Assembly: GCF_001667035.1 (NCBI RefSeq)
Contig: NZ_LZIR01000096.1
Location: forward strand, 60,860 to 92,859
Direction of reading: 5' to 3'
Length of the DNA stretch: 32,000 nt
Origin: Mycobacterium sp. 852002-51057_SCH5723018
GTDB lineage: Bacteria; Actinomycetota; Actinomycetes; Mycobacteriales; Mycobacteriaceae
This document shows positions 8,879-16,805 of the stretch, piece by piece. The position numbers and the translations under genes are program-made. The notes under the pieces were generated by a model that saw only the letters and a program-made list of their open reading frames with translations, ran no database searches and was not told where the DNA came from. Positions within the stretch are counted from its first letter, which is position 1. The number at the start of each line of letters is the position of its first letter.

Positions 8879-8979
8879 CGTGTCTCTCTGAAGTCGTCTT
8901 TGCGCGATACTTGCATATCCTAGTAAATGCGGGCCCGGGTCACAAGGGCTCGAGAAGCGCCGCCGCCTCCCCGCCCACC

Positions 8980-9007
8980 TGAACCGCAAGCCGCTCCGGA
9001 TCGTGTC
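8980..9007 (+). promoter_or_regulatory. ECF (SigL-type) promoter motif TGAACC-N16-CGTGTC
   Basis: TGAACC at 8980-8985, a 16-nt spacer, CGTGTC at 9002-9007. It lies 54 nt upstream of ATG 9062 in the mmsA/FMO divergent intergenic region. It is an exact match to the SigL consensus as I recall it. Confidence 0.6.
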
Positions 9008-9061
9008 AGTGCTGGGTGCCCGAGATCCTCGGCCCCGGGAAACACGACGGGAGACGCGCGC

Positions 9062-10249
9062 ATGGCGACGGAGATCCGGGACAGCCCCGACGCGGTTGTC
9101 ATCGGCGCGGGGCCCGCCGGCCTGGCTGTCGCACGCCAACTCGACTATCGGCATGGCATGAAAGCGCTCGTCGTTGACCGCGCGACGGCCCCGGGGATTT
9201 CATGGCGCACGCGCTACGACAACTTCCGCCTCAACACGACCGGGTTCTTGTCGCACCTGCCCGGGCAACGGATTCCGTTGAACGCCGGGCGTTGGCCGAC
9301 CAAGGAGGACATGGTCCGCTATTTCGACAGCTACGTTCAACGACAGAACATCGCAGTCAAGCTCGGATGTGACGTCCACCGCATCGATCGTGAAGAGCGA
9401 GTCTGGCGACTCGCCACATCGTCGGGTGAGATTCGAACCCCGGCAATCGTTCTGGCGACCGGCAACTACAGGACACCCACCATTCCTGACTGGCCCGGAC
9501 TGAGCCGTTTCAACGGCGTTATCGTGCACTCCGGGCACTTCACAAACGCTTGGCCCTACCGCGGTCGCGACGTCCTCGTCGTCGGCGCGGGCAATTCGGC
9601 CGCCGACATCGCGGTTCAGCTCGTCTATGACGGCGCGCGACGGGTTTGGCTCGCAGTGCGCACGCCGCCGCACCTCGTGCGGCGGTCTCTCGGGCCGTTT
9701 CCATCCGACATCTTCCTCGAGCTGTTCTCGAGAGTTCCCGCGCGCATGGTCGATCCGCTGATCGCGCGCATGAACCGCCTGATGTGGGGGGACCTGACGG
9801 CCTACGGCTTCGCTCGGCCAACCCTCGGGCTCAAGGCGACGGTGGAGACTAGAGGCCGTATCCCGACGCTGGCCGACGAGCTGATCGACGTCGTGCGGGC
9901 CGGGCTCGTCGAGGTCGTCGGCGCCGTCGAGGCGATCGACTCCGACGGCGTGATCCTCAGCGACGGCAGATCCGTAGCGCCGCAGGTGATCATCGCCGCC
10001 ACCGGGTTCGGCCCGGATCTCGACGGTTTGGTCGGGCACCTCGGCGTCCTCGACGAGCACGGCAACCCGCGCGGCGGCTTTGCCTCGCACGTCGGCAACG
10101 GAATGTTCGCGATCGGATACGGCATTCCGCCCAACGGCCCGCTGCGCGCGATCCGCATCAGCGCGACGCGATTGGCCCGGCAGGTGGCCGGATACCTCGC
10201 GAAGACCCAGCTAAAAACTAAGGCGTACAATGACTTTACCTTCCTATAA
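9062..10249 (+). CDS. NAD(P)/FAD-dependent flavin-containing monooxygenase-like oxidoreductase
   Basis: ATG 9062 has GGGAG 8 nt upstream. 395 aa. There are two dinucleotide-binding motifs: VVIGAGPAGLAVA (FAD) and VLVVGAGNSAADIAV (NADPH). Confidence 0.85.
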   Translation: MATEIRDSPDAVVIGAGPAGLAVARQLDYRHGMKALVVDRATAPGISWRTRYDNFRLNTTGFLSHLPGQRIPLNAGRWPTKEDMVRYFDSYVQRQNIAVKLGCDVHRIDREERVWRLATSSGEIRTPAIVLATGNYRTPTIPDWPGLSRFNGVIVHSGHFTNAWPYRGRDVLVVGAGNSAADIAVQLVYDGARRVWLAVRTPPHLVRRSLGPFPSDIFLELFSRVPARMVDPLIARMNRLMWGDLTAYGFARPTLGLKATVETRGRIPTLADELIDVVRAGLVEVVGAVEAIDSDGVILSDGRSVAPQVIIAATGFGPDLDGLVGHLGVLDEHGNPRGGFASHVGNGMFAIGYGIPPNGPLRAIRISATRLARQVAGYLAKTQLKTKAYNDFTFL

Positions 10250-11567
10250 GACCTTTTTCCGTGGCGCGGACGGTTACGAACGAGCCCGTCGGGAAACGGT
10301 GTGGAATGGACTTGTCCCGGATCGCTTTCCCGATGTCATCGTGCAGGCGCACGACACCGACGACGTGGTCGCGGCGATCCGTTATGCGCGGACCCACGGA
10401 TGCCAGGTCGGTGTACGTTCGGGCGGGCACAGCTGGACGGCCAGCCACCTACGCGACGGTGGACTGCTGCTCGACGTCAGCCGCCTCGACCACTGCACTG
10501 TCGAACCGGATCGGATGACCGCAGAGGTCGGCCCGGGCAAGGTCGCCAGCGTCTTCGCGGCAGAGCTGGACACCCAAGGGCTGTTCTTCCCCGCCGGCCA
10601 CTGCGAAGGCATCTGCCTCGGCGGCTATCTCTTGCAGGGCGGCTACGGCTGGAACGGTCCGGTGCTCGGGCCGGCATGCGAGAGCGTGCTAGGGCTGAAA
10701 GTCGTCACCGCCGACGGTGAACAGATTTACTGCGACCCCGAAAACCATCCAGACATGTATTGGGCGGCTCGCGGCGCCGGACCGGGCTTCTTCGGCGTGG
10801 TCACCTCGTTCAAGCTGCGGGTGCACCCACGTCCCCCGGTCTGGGGCACCTGCCTTTACATGTATCCGATCGAGGTTGCCGACGAGGTGTTCAGCTGGGG
10901 ACGCTCGATCATTCCTGAGCTCGACGACCGGGTCGAATTGCAGATCCACACCGCGCGCAGCTTTCCGGGAGCCGGGCTCAACCAACCCGGCATCACGATC
11001 GCCTCGCCAGTATTCGCCGACTCGGAGGACGAGGCGCTGAAAGCCCTTGCCCCGCTGGGCACTTGCCCGGTCATCGACAAGGCGATCGTCAGCCTCCCTT
11101 ATGCGCCGACAACTTTGGCCAATTGGTACACCGCCGTGATGACCAGCTACCCGAAGGGATTTCGCTACATCGCCGACAACATGTTCACCTCGGCTTCGGC
11201 CGAAGAACTAACGCCGGGCATCCGCAAGATCATCGAAACCATGCCACCGCACCCCTCGCACTTCATCTTCACGGGCTGGAAGACGGCCCCGGAGCGCGCG
11301 GACATGGTGTACGGGGTGGAAGACGAGGTCTACATGGCCCTCTACACCATCTGGCAGGATCCGGCCGACGATGATCGGTACCGCGACTGGGCCGCGTCCA
11401 ACATGGCGGCGATGTCGCACCTGGCGACCGGCAGCTCGCTCGCCGACGAAAATCTATGCCGGCGTCCGGCGCGATACATCGCCGAGTCGAACATGGCACG
11501 CCTCGACAAGGTGCGCCTGGCATACGACCCGGATGGTCGTTTCCACAGCTGGATGAGCGGGGTCTGA
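10230..11567 (+). CDS. FAD-linked oxidase (PCMH-type FAD-binding domain, BBE/VAO-like)
   Basis: 445 aa. The motif VGVRSGGHSW is typical of FAD-linked oxidases that can attach the flavin covalently through His. The start overlaps the FMO gene end by 20 nt, so a later start is possible. Confidence 0.85.
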   Translation: MTLPSYKTFFRGADGYERARRETVWNGLVPDRFPDVIVQAHDTDDVVAAIRYARTHGCQVGVRSGGHSWTASHLRDGGLLLDVSRLDHCTVEPDRMTAEVGPGKVASVFAAELDTQGLFFPAGHCEGICLGGYLLQGGYGWNGPVLGPACESVLGLKVVTADGEQIYCDPENHPDMYWAARGAGPGFFGVVTSFKLRVHPRPPVWGTCLYMYPIEVADEVFSWGRSIIPELDDRVELQIHTARSFPGAGLNQPGITIASPVFADSEDEALKALAPLGTCPVIDKAIVSLPYAPTTLANWYTAVMTSYPKGFRYIADNMFTSASAEELTPGIRKIIETMPPHPSHFIFTGWKTAPERADMVYGVEDEVYMALYTIWQDPADDDRYRDWAASNMAAMSHLATGSSLADENLCRRPARYIAESNMARLDKVRLAYDPDGRFHSWMSGV

Positions 11568-11616
11568 CCGCCGGGGCGGCTTGAAACTCGGCTAACCGTG
11601 GCGGGTGTGCCACGGG

Positions 11617-11644
11617 TGAACCAGACAGGCGCTTCGGTCGTTTC
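11617..11644 (+). promoter_or_regulatory. ECF (SigL-type) promoter motif TGAACC-N16-CGTTTC
   Basis: TGAACC at 11617-11622, a 16-nt spacer, CGTTTC at 11639-11644. It lies in the 212-nt gap upstream of the second anti-sigma gene and 16 nt before a 40-codon ORF (11661-11783). Confidence 0.5.
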
Positions 11645-11779
11645 ACCAGCAGGAAGGTAAATGGAGCGCCTATTCCCAAGGCGCTCTACGACGGACCCGC
11701 CCCGGCGGCCGCCCGGAATGGCCTTCAGCTACGAAAACCCTTACGTACCAAGAAATATCCCACGAGACGGGAGTATACG

Positions 11780-12520
11780 ATGATGCCGCTATGGCGGCCC
11801 GGGACACCGATCGGCGGTGACCTATCCGGGCATGACGAGTACGCGATGTGGGATGCCGCATACGTGCTGGGATCTCTATCGTCCCCAGAAAGGCGGGAAT
11901 TCGAAGCGCACCTGCCCGAGTGTCTGTTGTGCCGCAGCGACGTCGGCGAGCTCAACGGCATCCCGGCCCTCCTGTCGCAGCTGGAGCGCGACGAGGTGGC
12001 GGTGATCGCCCAGGTCGGCGGCGCAGAACTGTCGCCACCCGACGAGTTGCTGCCGTCCCTGCTGGTCAAAGTGCACTGGCGGCGGCGCCGGTCCCGCATC
12101 GTGGCCTGGACGGCTGGGACCGCGGCAGCCGCGGTCCTCGCGATCGGTGTGTTCGTCGGCGTCACGGGCCAACCCTCGACGTCCGTGCCCATGCCGCCGC
12201 AGGCGAGCGTGGCGGTACAGCCGATGACACAGGTCGGAACCGACAAGCTCGCCTCGACGATCTCGCTCAGCAGCCAGCGGTGGGGAACGTCCATCTCGAT
12301 GAGCTGCGTCTGTCTGGCCCCGCTGAACGCCCATCACGACACGTTGGCGATGGTTGTGGTAGGTCGTGACGGTAGCCACACGCGGATGGCAACCTGGGTG
12401 GCAAATCCGGGTCACACGGCGATGCCCGCCGGCAGCATTTCAACACATGTCGATCAAATCGCTTCTGTGCAGGTGATTTCCGCCGACGACGGCCAGGTCC
12501 TCCTGGAGCGTTCGCTGTGA
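11780..12520 (+). CDS. Zinc-associated (HxxxCxxC) membrane anti-sigma factor, RslA paralogue, with no adjacent sigma gene
   Basis: 246 aa with GGGAG upstream. The ZAS motif is EFEAHLPECLLCRSD. A basic stretch RRRRSR is followed by one TM helix (IVAWTAGTAAAAVLAIGVFVGV) and an extracytoplasmic C-terminal domain. The C-terminus aligns to 1-149. Confidence 0.85.
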   Translation: MMPLWRPGTPIGGDLSGHDEYAMWDAAYVLGSLSSPERREFEAHLPECLLCRSDVGELNGIPALLSQLERDEVAVIAQVGGAELSPPDELLPSLLVKVHWRRRRSRIVAWTAGTAAAAVLAIGVFVGVTGQPSTSVPMPPQASVAVQPMTQVGTDKLASTISLSSQRWGTSISMSCVCLAPLNAHHDTLAMVVVGRDGSHTRMATWVANPGHTAMPAGSISTHVDQIASVQVISADDGQVLLERSL

Positions 12521-12535
12521 ATTTCCTACCCCGAG

Positions 12536-12563
12536 TGAACTGAAGTCACCCGCGGCTCGTGTT
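12536..12563 (+). promoter_or_regulatory. ECF (SigL-type) promoter motif TGAACT-N16-CGTGTT
   Basis: TGAACT at 12536-12541, a 16-nt spacer, CGTGTT at 12558-12563, 15 nt after the anti-sigma stop. It aligns with the box at 164-191 (gtgaactgaagtYacccRcg...tcgtRttac). Confidence 0.55.
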
Positions 12564-12591
12564 ACCGGGAGTTACGAAGTTAGGCAGGCAG

Positions 12592-12666
12592 ATGGCCAGG
12601 CAACACAGGGTGGTCGATCGTGTCGTCGAGCACGGTCGAACGTCGAATGCACTTAGCGTGCATTAG
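12592..12666 (+). pseudogene. Remnant of the ThDP-enzyme gene (internal deletion of about 1.6 kb)
   Basis: A 24-codon ORF, MARQHRVVDRVVEHGRTSNALSVH*. Its first 13 codons align to MPRKQRVVDLLVE of the gene at 199. The next stretch, acggtcgaacgtcgaatgc, resembles gtggtcagcgtcgaatgc near 1805-1822 of copy A, and similarity then decays. Confidence 0.6.
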
Positions 12667-12765
12667 ATTTCAACGCTGACACCGCCCGGGGGGTCGTCAG
12701 AATTGGCGGTAATGACCGACGTGGCAGCCGCCTTGTCTCAAATACTAATGAGGAGAACCGATTTC

Positions 12766-13437
12766 ATGTCCATTGCAGCGCTTGAAGATATCGCGGTCCA
12801 CAGCGGCACCACCGAGCCGATCGAGGGAGTGGTCCGTATCGAGACCTCGCCGCTTGAACAGACCGCCCCGACTTTCATGGCGAAGATGCGGTCGGTGTAT
12901 CCGCACGACGAGGTCTACGGCCAGTACTGCACGGTCAACGACTACGTCGACTGCCCACCCGATGAGCTGTTCGAATACCTGGCCGACACCCGCAGTCTCG
13001 AGGAGTGGACCTATACCCTGCGTGACTTCTCCCCGACCGCGGAGCCCGGGCTCTGGTTGGCCTACGACCGATTGCTCCCGGACACCAAGATCTACACCCG
13101 CACGGTGGCCAACGCCGAGGCCCGTACCGTCGACTATCACTGCGCGTGGGACCAGGGCAAGCACCTGTGGATGATCTATCTGATGCGGGTGGTCGACGCG
13201 CAGGATGTGCTCGGCAAGCCCGGTTCCGTTGTGCTGTGGACCAATTGCCGCCACCCGTTCTACGACCACAACCCTTATCCCGATGCCGCCCCGCCGGAGC
13301 GCACGGGCTGGGTGGGCGACTTCTGGGACATATTCGGAGTCGGTCACGCGCTGGAACTGAACAATCTCAAGTCAATCGCCGAATACCGCCACCGCAACGG
13401 CCTGCCGGTCAAGCCGGAATGGATGAGTACACCATGA
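12766..13437 (+). CDS. Conserved hypothetical protein, SRPBCC-like (paralogue of 1922-2584)
   Basis: ATG 12766 has GAGGAG 9 nt upstream (the track start 12703 is rejected). 223 aa; about 80% identical to copy A over the C-terminal 180 residues. Confidence 0.8.
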   Translation: MSIAALEDIAVHSGTTEPIEGVVRIETSPLEQTAPTFMAKMRSVYPHDEVYGQYCTVNDYVDCPPDELFEYLADTRSLEEWTYTLRDFSPTAEPGLWLAYDRLLPDTKIYTRTVANAEARTVDYHCAWDQGKHLWMIYLMRVVDAQDVLGKPGSVVLWTNCRHPFYDHNPYPDAAPPERTGWVGDFWDIFGVGHALELNNLKSIAEYRHRNGLPVKPEWMSTP

Positions 13438-14453
13438 ACCAACCCACCGTCAGCCTCGCCGACGTTTCCACCTATCTGCCCGGGGAACCCATCGCCGCCG
13501 ACTACTACGCGCAGTTCGCCGGCTCGGATGACCTGGCGTCCAACCTGATGTTCCGCGCGCCCAAGCTGCGTCATCACGTCGGGCCGGACGAAACCGCGAC
13601 CGATATGATCGAGCGAGCCGCACAGGGCCTGATCGAACGGCACGGCCACGACGTCATCGAAGGCGCCGACGTGTTGATCACCCACACCCAGGCACCCGAC
13701 CTGCCGTTCTATGGCGCCGGCGGGGGCGTCGCCCACCGGCTGGGCATGCGGCCGTCCTGGGTGCTCGACCTGCACAACGGTGGGTGCGCCGCTTTCGTGT
13801 TGGCGCTTAACGTCGCTCGTCAACTGTTGGCCTCAGGTTTGGGGCACACCGCGCTCATCGCCATCGCACAAAATGCCGCCGGCCAGGTCTTCGATCAGCC
13901 GGGAGTTCGGCGCAAGGCGCAGGCGGCGGTCCCCGGCGATGGCGCCGCGGTGGGCCTGGTCACCTTGTCCGACCGGTCGCCCATTCTCGATATCGAGTGC
14001 CGGACCTACGGCGAATACGCCGGTGAGATGACGCTCGCTTCGGACCCGCCCCGCAAGTGGTGGCAGCCCGGGGCCGGTGAGCTCTGCATCGGATTCACCG
14101 AAACCAAGATCACCAAGGTACTGGCTCGCGGCAATCGACAGGTCCCCGAGGTGGCGCTGGCCGTCTGTGATCGAATCGGCCTGCCGTCCAAGGACATCGA
14201 CCTGCTGGTCACAAATCAGCCCAACCGGGTGTTCCTGCGCAACTGGCGCGAGGCGCTCGACGTGCCGCGCGAACGTCATCGCGACACATTCGATGAGTGC
14301 GGCAACCTGTTCGGCGCGGGCATCCCGATCAACTTGGATCGCGCGATATCGGACGGTCAGGTCAAGGCCGGTGACGTCGTGATGATGGCCGCCTTCGCGC
14401 ACGCCGGCGACTTCGCGGGTGCGGCGGCGGTGCGCTGGGGCGGACGAAGCTGA
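13434..14453 (+). CDS. KAS III (FabH)-like family protein (paralogue of 2581-3603)
   Basis: ATG 13434 has an ATGA overlap with the previous stop (alternative ATG at 13419). 339 aa. It has the same Cys context (LHNGGCAAFVLAL), the same VTNQPN in place of HQAN, and CGNLFGAGIP. Confidence 0.9.
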   Translation: MNQPTVSLADVSTYLPGEPIAADYYAQFAGSDDLASNLMFRAPKLRHHVGPDETATDMIERAAQGLIERHGHDVIEGADVLITHTQAPDLPFYGAGGGVAHRLGMRPSWVLDLHNGGCAAFVLALNVARQLLASGLGHTALIAIAQNAAGQVFDQPGVRRKAQAAVPGDGAAVGLVTLSDRSPILDIECRTYGEYAGEMTLASDPPRKWWQPGAGELCIGFTETKITKVLARGNRQVPEVALAVCDRIGLPSKDIDLLVTNQPNRVFLRNWREALDVPRERHRDTFDECGNLFGAGIPINLDRAISDGQVKAGDVVMMAAFAHAGDFAGAAAVRWGGRS

Positions 14454-15502
14454 TGCTACCCCTGCTGGAGGCCAGCCCCGTCACCGCCGGAATCCTCGAT
14501 GCGCTGCCGAACGCGACCGATCCATTCGCTTTGTCGCTCAACGAGAATCCGTTTCCACCGCTGCCGGGGGTGCGCTCGGCGCTGGTCCGCTCGATCGACG
14601 TCGCCAACCGGTATCCGGAGTTCCTGCCCGATCGGTTGCGCCGCCTGATCGCCGGTCATATCGGGGTTGGCGACGAGCAAGTCGTGCTCGGGGCGGGTGC
14701 AAGCGGCGTGGTGATGCAGGTCCTGCACGCCGTCACGCGGCCCGGTGATCGGATTGTGCTGAGCGAGCCGACTTTCGACGGTTATCCGATCTTCGCGAAG
14801 ATGGCCCGCCTGACATCGGTCACCGTTCCGCTCGATAAGCGCGGCCACCACAACCTGGACGCAATGGCCGATGCGGCGGCAGACGCCAGTGTCGTCGTCT
14901 TGTGTCGGCCCGACAACCCGACCGGCACCCTCGAACCGGTCGCGGACGTACAGCGCTTCCTGCGCAGGGTGCCGGGCGACACCGTCGTTTTGCTCGACGA
15001 GGCGTACATCGAGTTTGTTGTGCCCCAGCTCCGCATCGACGGACCCGACCTGATTCGCCGCTTTCCGAATGTCGTTGTGGTGCGCACGTTCTCCAAGGCA
15101 TATGGCTTGGCCGGTCTCCGCATCGGGTACGGGTTCTCCGCACCGGAACTGGCCAGCACACTGTGGGGGATGCAGTTGCCGTTCGGCATGGGCATCACAA
15201 GCCTGGTCGCGGTGGCGGCGTGCTACGACGCCGAAGACCAGCTGCGGCAACGCGTTCTGCGGATCACCGGAGAGCGCGATTACCTGTCCCGGCGCCTTCG
15301 GGCAAAGGGCGTATACACCACCGACGGGCACGCCAACTTCGTTTACCTGCCAGCGGCCCGGCGCCCCTGGTGCGAGGTGTTCGGCGACACCGGCCTGAAG
15401 GCCCGCTACTACCCTGACGGCGCCGCACGGATCACCGTCGGAAGCCGCGCGTCCACACAGGCGGTGCTGGCCGCAGTGGCCACGTCGCGGTCCGCTGGCT
15501 AG
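14453..15502 (+). CDS. PLP-dependent aminotransferase, class I/II (paralogue of 3603-4655)
   Basis: Same TGATG overlap as copy A. 349 aa. Motifs: LSLNENPFPP, CRPDNPTG, RTFSKAYGLAGLRIGY. Confidence 0.9.
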   Translation: MLPLLEASPVTAGILDALPNATDPFALSLNENPFPPLPGVRSALVRSIDVANRYPEFLPDRLRRLIAGHIGVGDEQVVLGAGASGVVMQVLHAVTRPGDRIVLSEPTFDGYPIFAKMARLTSVTVPLDKRGHHNLDAMADAAADASVVVLCRPDNPTGTLEPVADVQRFLRRVPGDTVVLLDEAYIEFVVPQLRIDGPDLIRRFPNVVVVRTFSKAYGLAGLRIGYGFSAPELASTLWGMQLPFGMGITSLVAVAACYDAEDQLRQRVLRITGERDYLSRRLRAKGVYTTDGHANFVYLPAARRPWCEVFGDTGLKARYYPDGAARITVGSRASTQAVLAAVATSRSAG

Positions 15503-15510
15503 TGCGGCGG

Positions 15511-15538
15511 TGAACTTCTCGTCGAAGTCCCGCGTGGT
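15511..15538 (+). promoter_or_regulatory. ECF (SigL-type) promoter-like motif TGAACT-N16-CGTGGT
   Basis: TGAACT at 15511-15516, a 16-nt spacer, CGTGGT at 15533-15538. It lies 8 nt after the aminotransferase stop and 19 nt before ATG 15558. It has the weakest -10 box of the five, and the predicted start site would fall at or near the AGGAGG RBS. Confidence 0.4.
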
Positions 15539-15557
15539 AGCGGTAGGAGGTTTGACG

Positions 15558-16805
15558 ATGGACCCACTGCTGACGCTGCCAGCCCGGTCGCTTCGGATCC
15601 TCGTCGTCGGCGCGGGCGTGAGCGGCATTTCCGTCGCCCGGGGATTATTGCGTGACGGCCATGACGTCACCGTCTTCGACCGGCGGCCGGATGTGAAGGC
15701 AGGCGGCGGCGCCGTCACCATCTGGTCCAATGGCTCGGTCGTTCTGGGGCAGCTGGGGGTCGATATGGACGGGGCCGGTCAGCCACTGTCCACCGTGCGG
15801 GTCACGACACCGATGGGCCGCTCGGTCGCCACGATGGACCTGAGCGCCATCATCGATCGGCTGGGGGCACCGGTTCGGATGGTGCCACGCCGAGTCCTGC
15901 TCGAGCGTCTGCTGGAAGGCTTTCCGACCGATCGAATCCGGTGTAACACCCGTGCGGTCGGAGTCGTCAATACGCACAACGGGGTTCGGCTCGAGTTCGA
16001 AGACGGCAGCTCCGCCGAAGGAGATCTGTTGATCGGCGCCGATGGCCTGCACTCGATGGTTCGAGGCATCGTCGGTGCGCCCCCCGCGAAGCCGACCGGC
16101 TGGTGCAGCTGGCAGGGGCTGGTCACCCTGCCAGACATCGGCGACAAGCACGTCGCCCAGATGATCATCGGCGAGCACGGAAACCTTGGACTATGGCCGG
16201 CCGGAGGTTCGGATCTGCAGTGGTGGTTCGACTTGCCGTGGTCACACGACTTCGTCAGACCGGAAAGCCCGATCGACATGATCCGGTCCCATTTCGGAGG
16301 ATGGTCCGACTTGGCCGACCGAGTGCTCGCGACATTGACCGACGAGGACCTGGCCCCGTCGCCGTTCCCGCATTTTCGGCATCCGGTACCCGGCCCGGGC
16401 CACGGGGCGGTGACGTTGCTCGGCGATGCCGCGCACACGATGCCGCCGACCCTGGCGCAGGGAACCAATCAGGCGCTGCTCGACACGATGGTCTTGTGCA
16501 AGGCGCTTTCGGATTTCCGAAAGGGCGGCGACGGGGTGCGCAGCAACCTCCGCGACCTTTCGAACGCGCTGCGCTGGTATGAGAAGACCAGGCGCCGCAA
16601 GGTCGAGGCGGTGTCCTGGGTGACCACGCAGCAAGTGTCGCGCAGCGAGTCCGCGCTGAGGCCGGCGGCGATGATCTCGGACCGCTTCATGAGCTGGGCC
16701 CTGACAACGTTTCTGTGCGCGGTGAGTCACCGCCGGATGTCGGCGAAAATCAGCAGAGACCTCGCGGCCGCTGCGACCACCCATCTCGTCGGTGCGAATG
16801 AATAA
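15558..16805 (+). CDS. FAD-dependent aromatic-ring monooxygenase (group A flavoprotein hydroxylase)
   Basis: ATG 15558 has AGGAGG 7 nt upstream. 415 aa. Motifs: ILVVGAGVSGISVARGL (GxGxxG), LLIGADGLHSMVR, LLGDAAHTMPPTLAQGTNQAL. Confidence 0.88.
   Translation: MDPLLTLPARSLRILVVGAGVSGISVARGLLRDGHDVTVFDRRPDVKAGGGAVTIWSNGSVVLGQLGVDMDGAGQPLSTVRVTTPMGRSVATMDLSAIIDRLGAPVRMVPRRVLLERLLEGFPTDRIRCNTRAVGVVNTHNGVRLEFEDGSSAEGDLLIGADGLHSMVRGIVGAPPAKPTGWCSWQGLVTLPDIGDKHVAQMIIGEHGNLGLWPAGGSDLQWWFDLPWSHDFVRPESPIDMIRSHFGGWSDLADRVLATLTDEDLAPSPFPHFRHPVPGPGHGAVTLLGDAAHTMPPTLAQGTNQALLDTMVLCKALSDFRKGGDGVRSNLRDLSNALRWYEKTRRRKVEAVSWVTTQQVSRSESALRPAAMISDRFMSWALTTFLCAVSHRRMSAKISRDLAAAATTHLVGANE

Larger units (their letters stand above)
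12374..15502 (+). repeat. Copy B of the diverged segmental duplication
   Basis: Collinear with 3-4655 (see copy A). It contains a ThDP-gene deletion scar at 12592-12666. Confidence 0.85.

Noticed and set aside
7208-8923. A 571-aa plus-strand ORF overlapping mmsA and fadE9.
   Set aside because: It is antisense to a strongly recognisable ALDH-family gene and has an Arg/Asp/Gly/His-rich composition with no motifs.
8927-9061. An upstream start at 8927 for the FMO-like gene, with similar extended starts at 1775 and 12703 for the SRPBCC-like genes and at 15510 for the hydroxylase.
   Set aside because: The extensions are Pro/Arg-rich or unconserved between paralogues, cover promoter boxes or upstream genes, and lack an RBS. 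Internal ATGs with good Shine-Dalgarno sequences give N-termini that are conserved between the copies.
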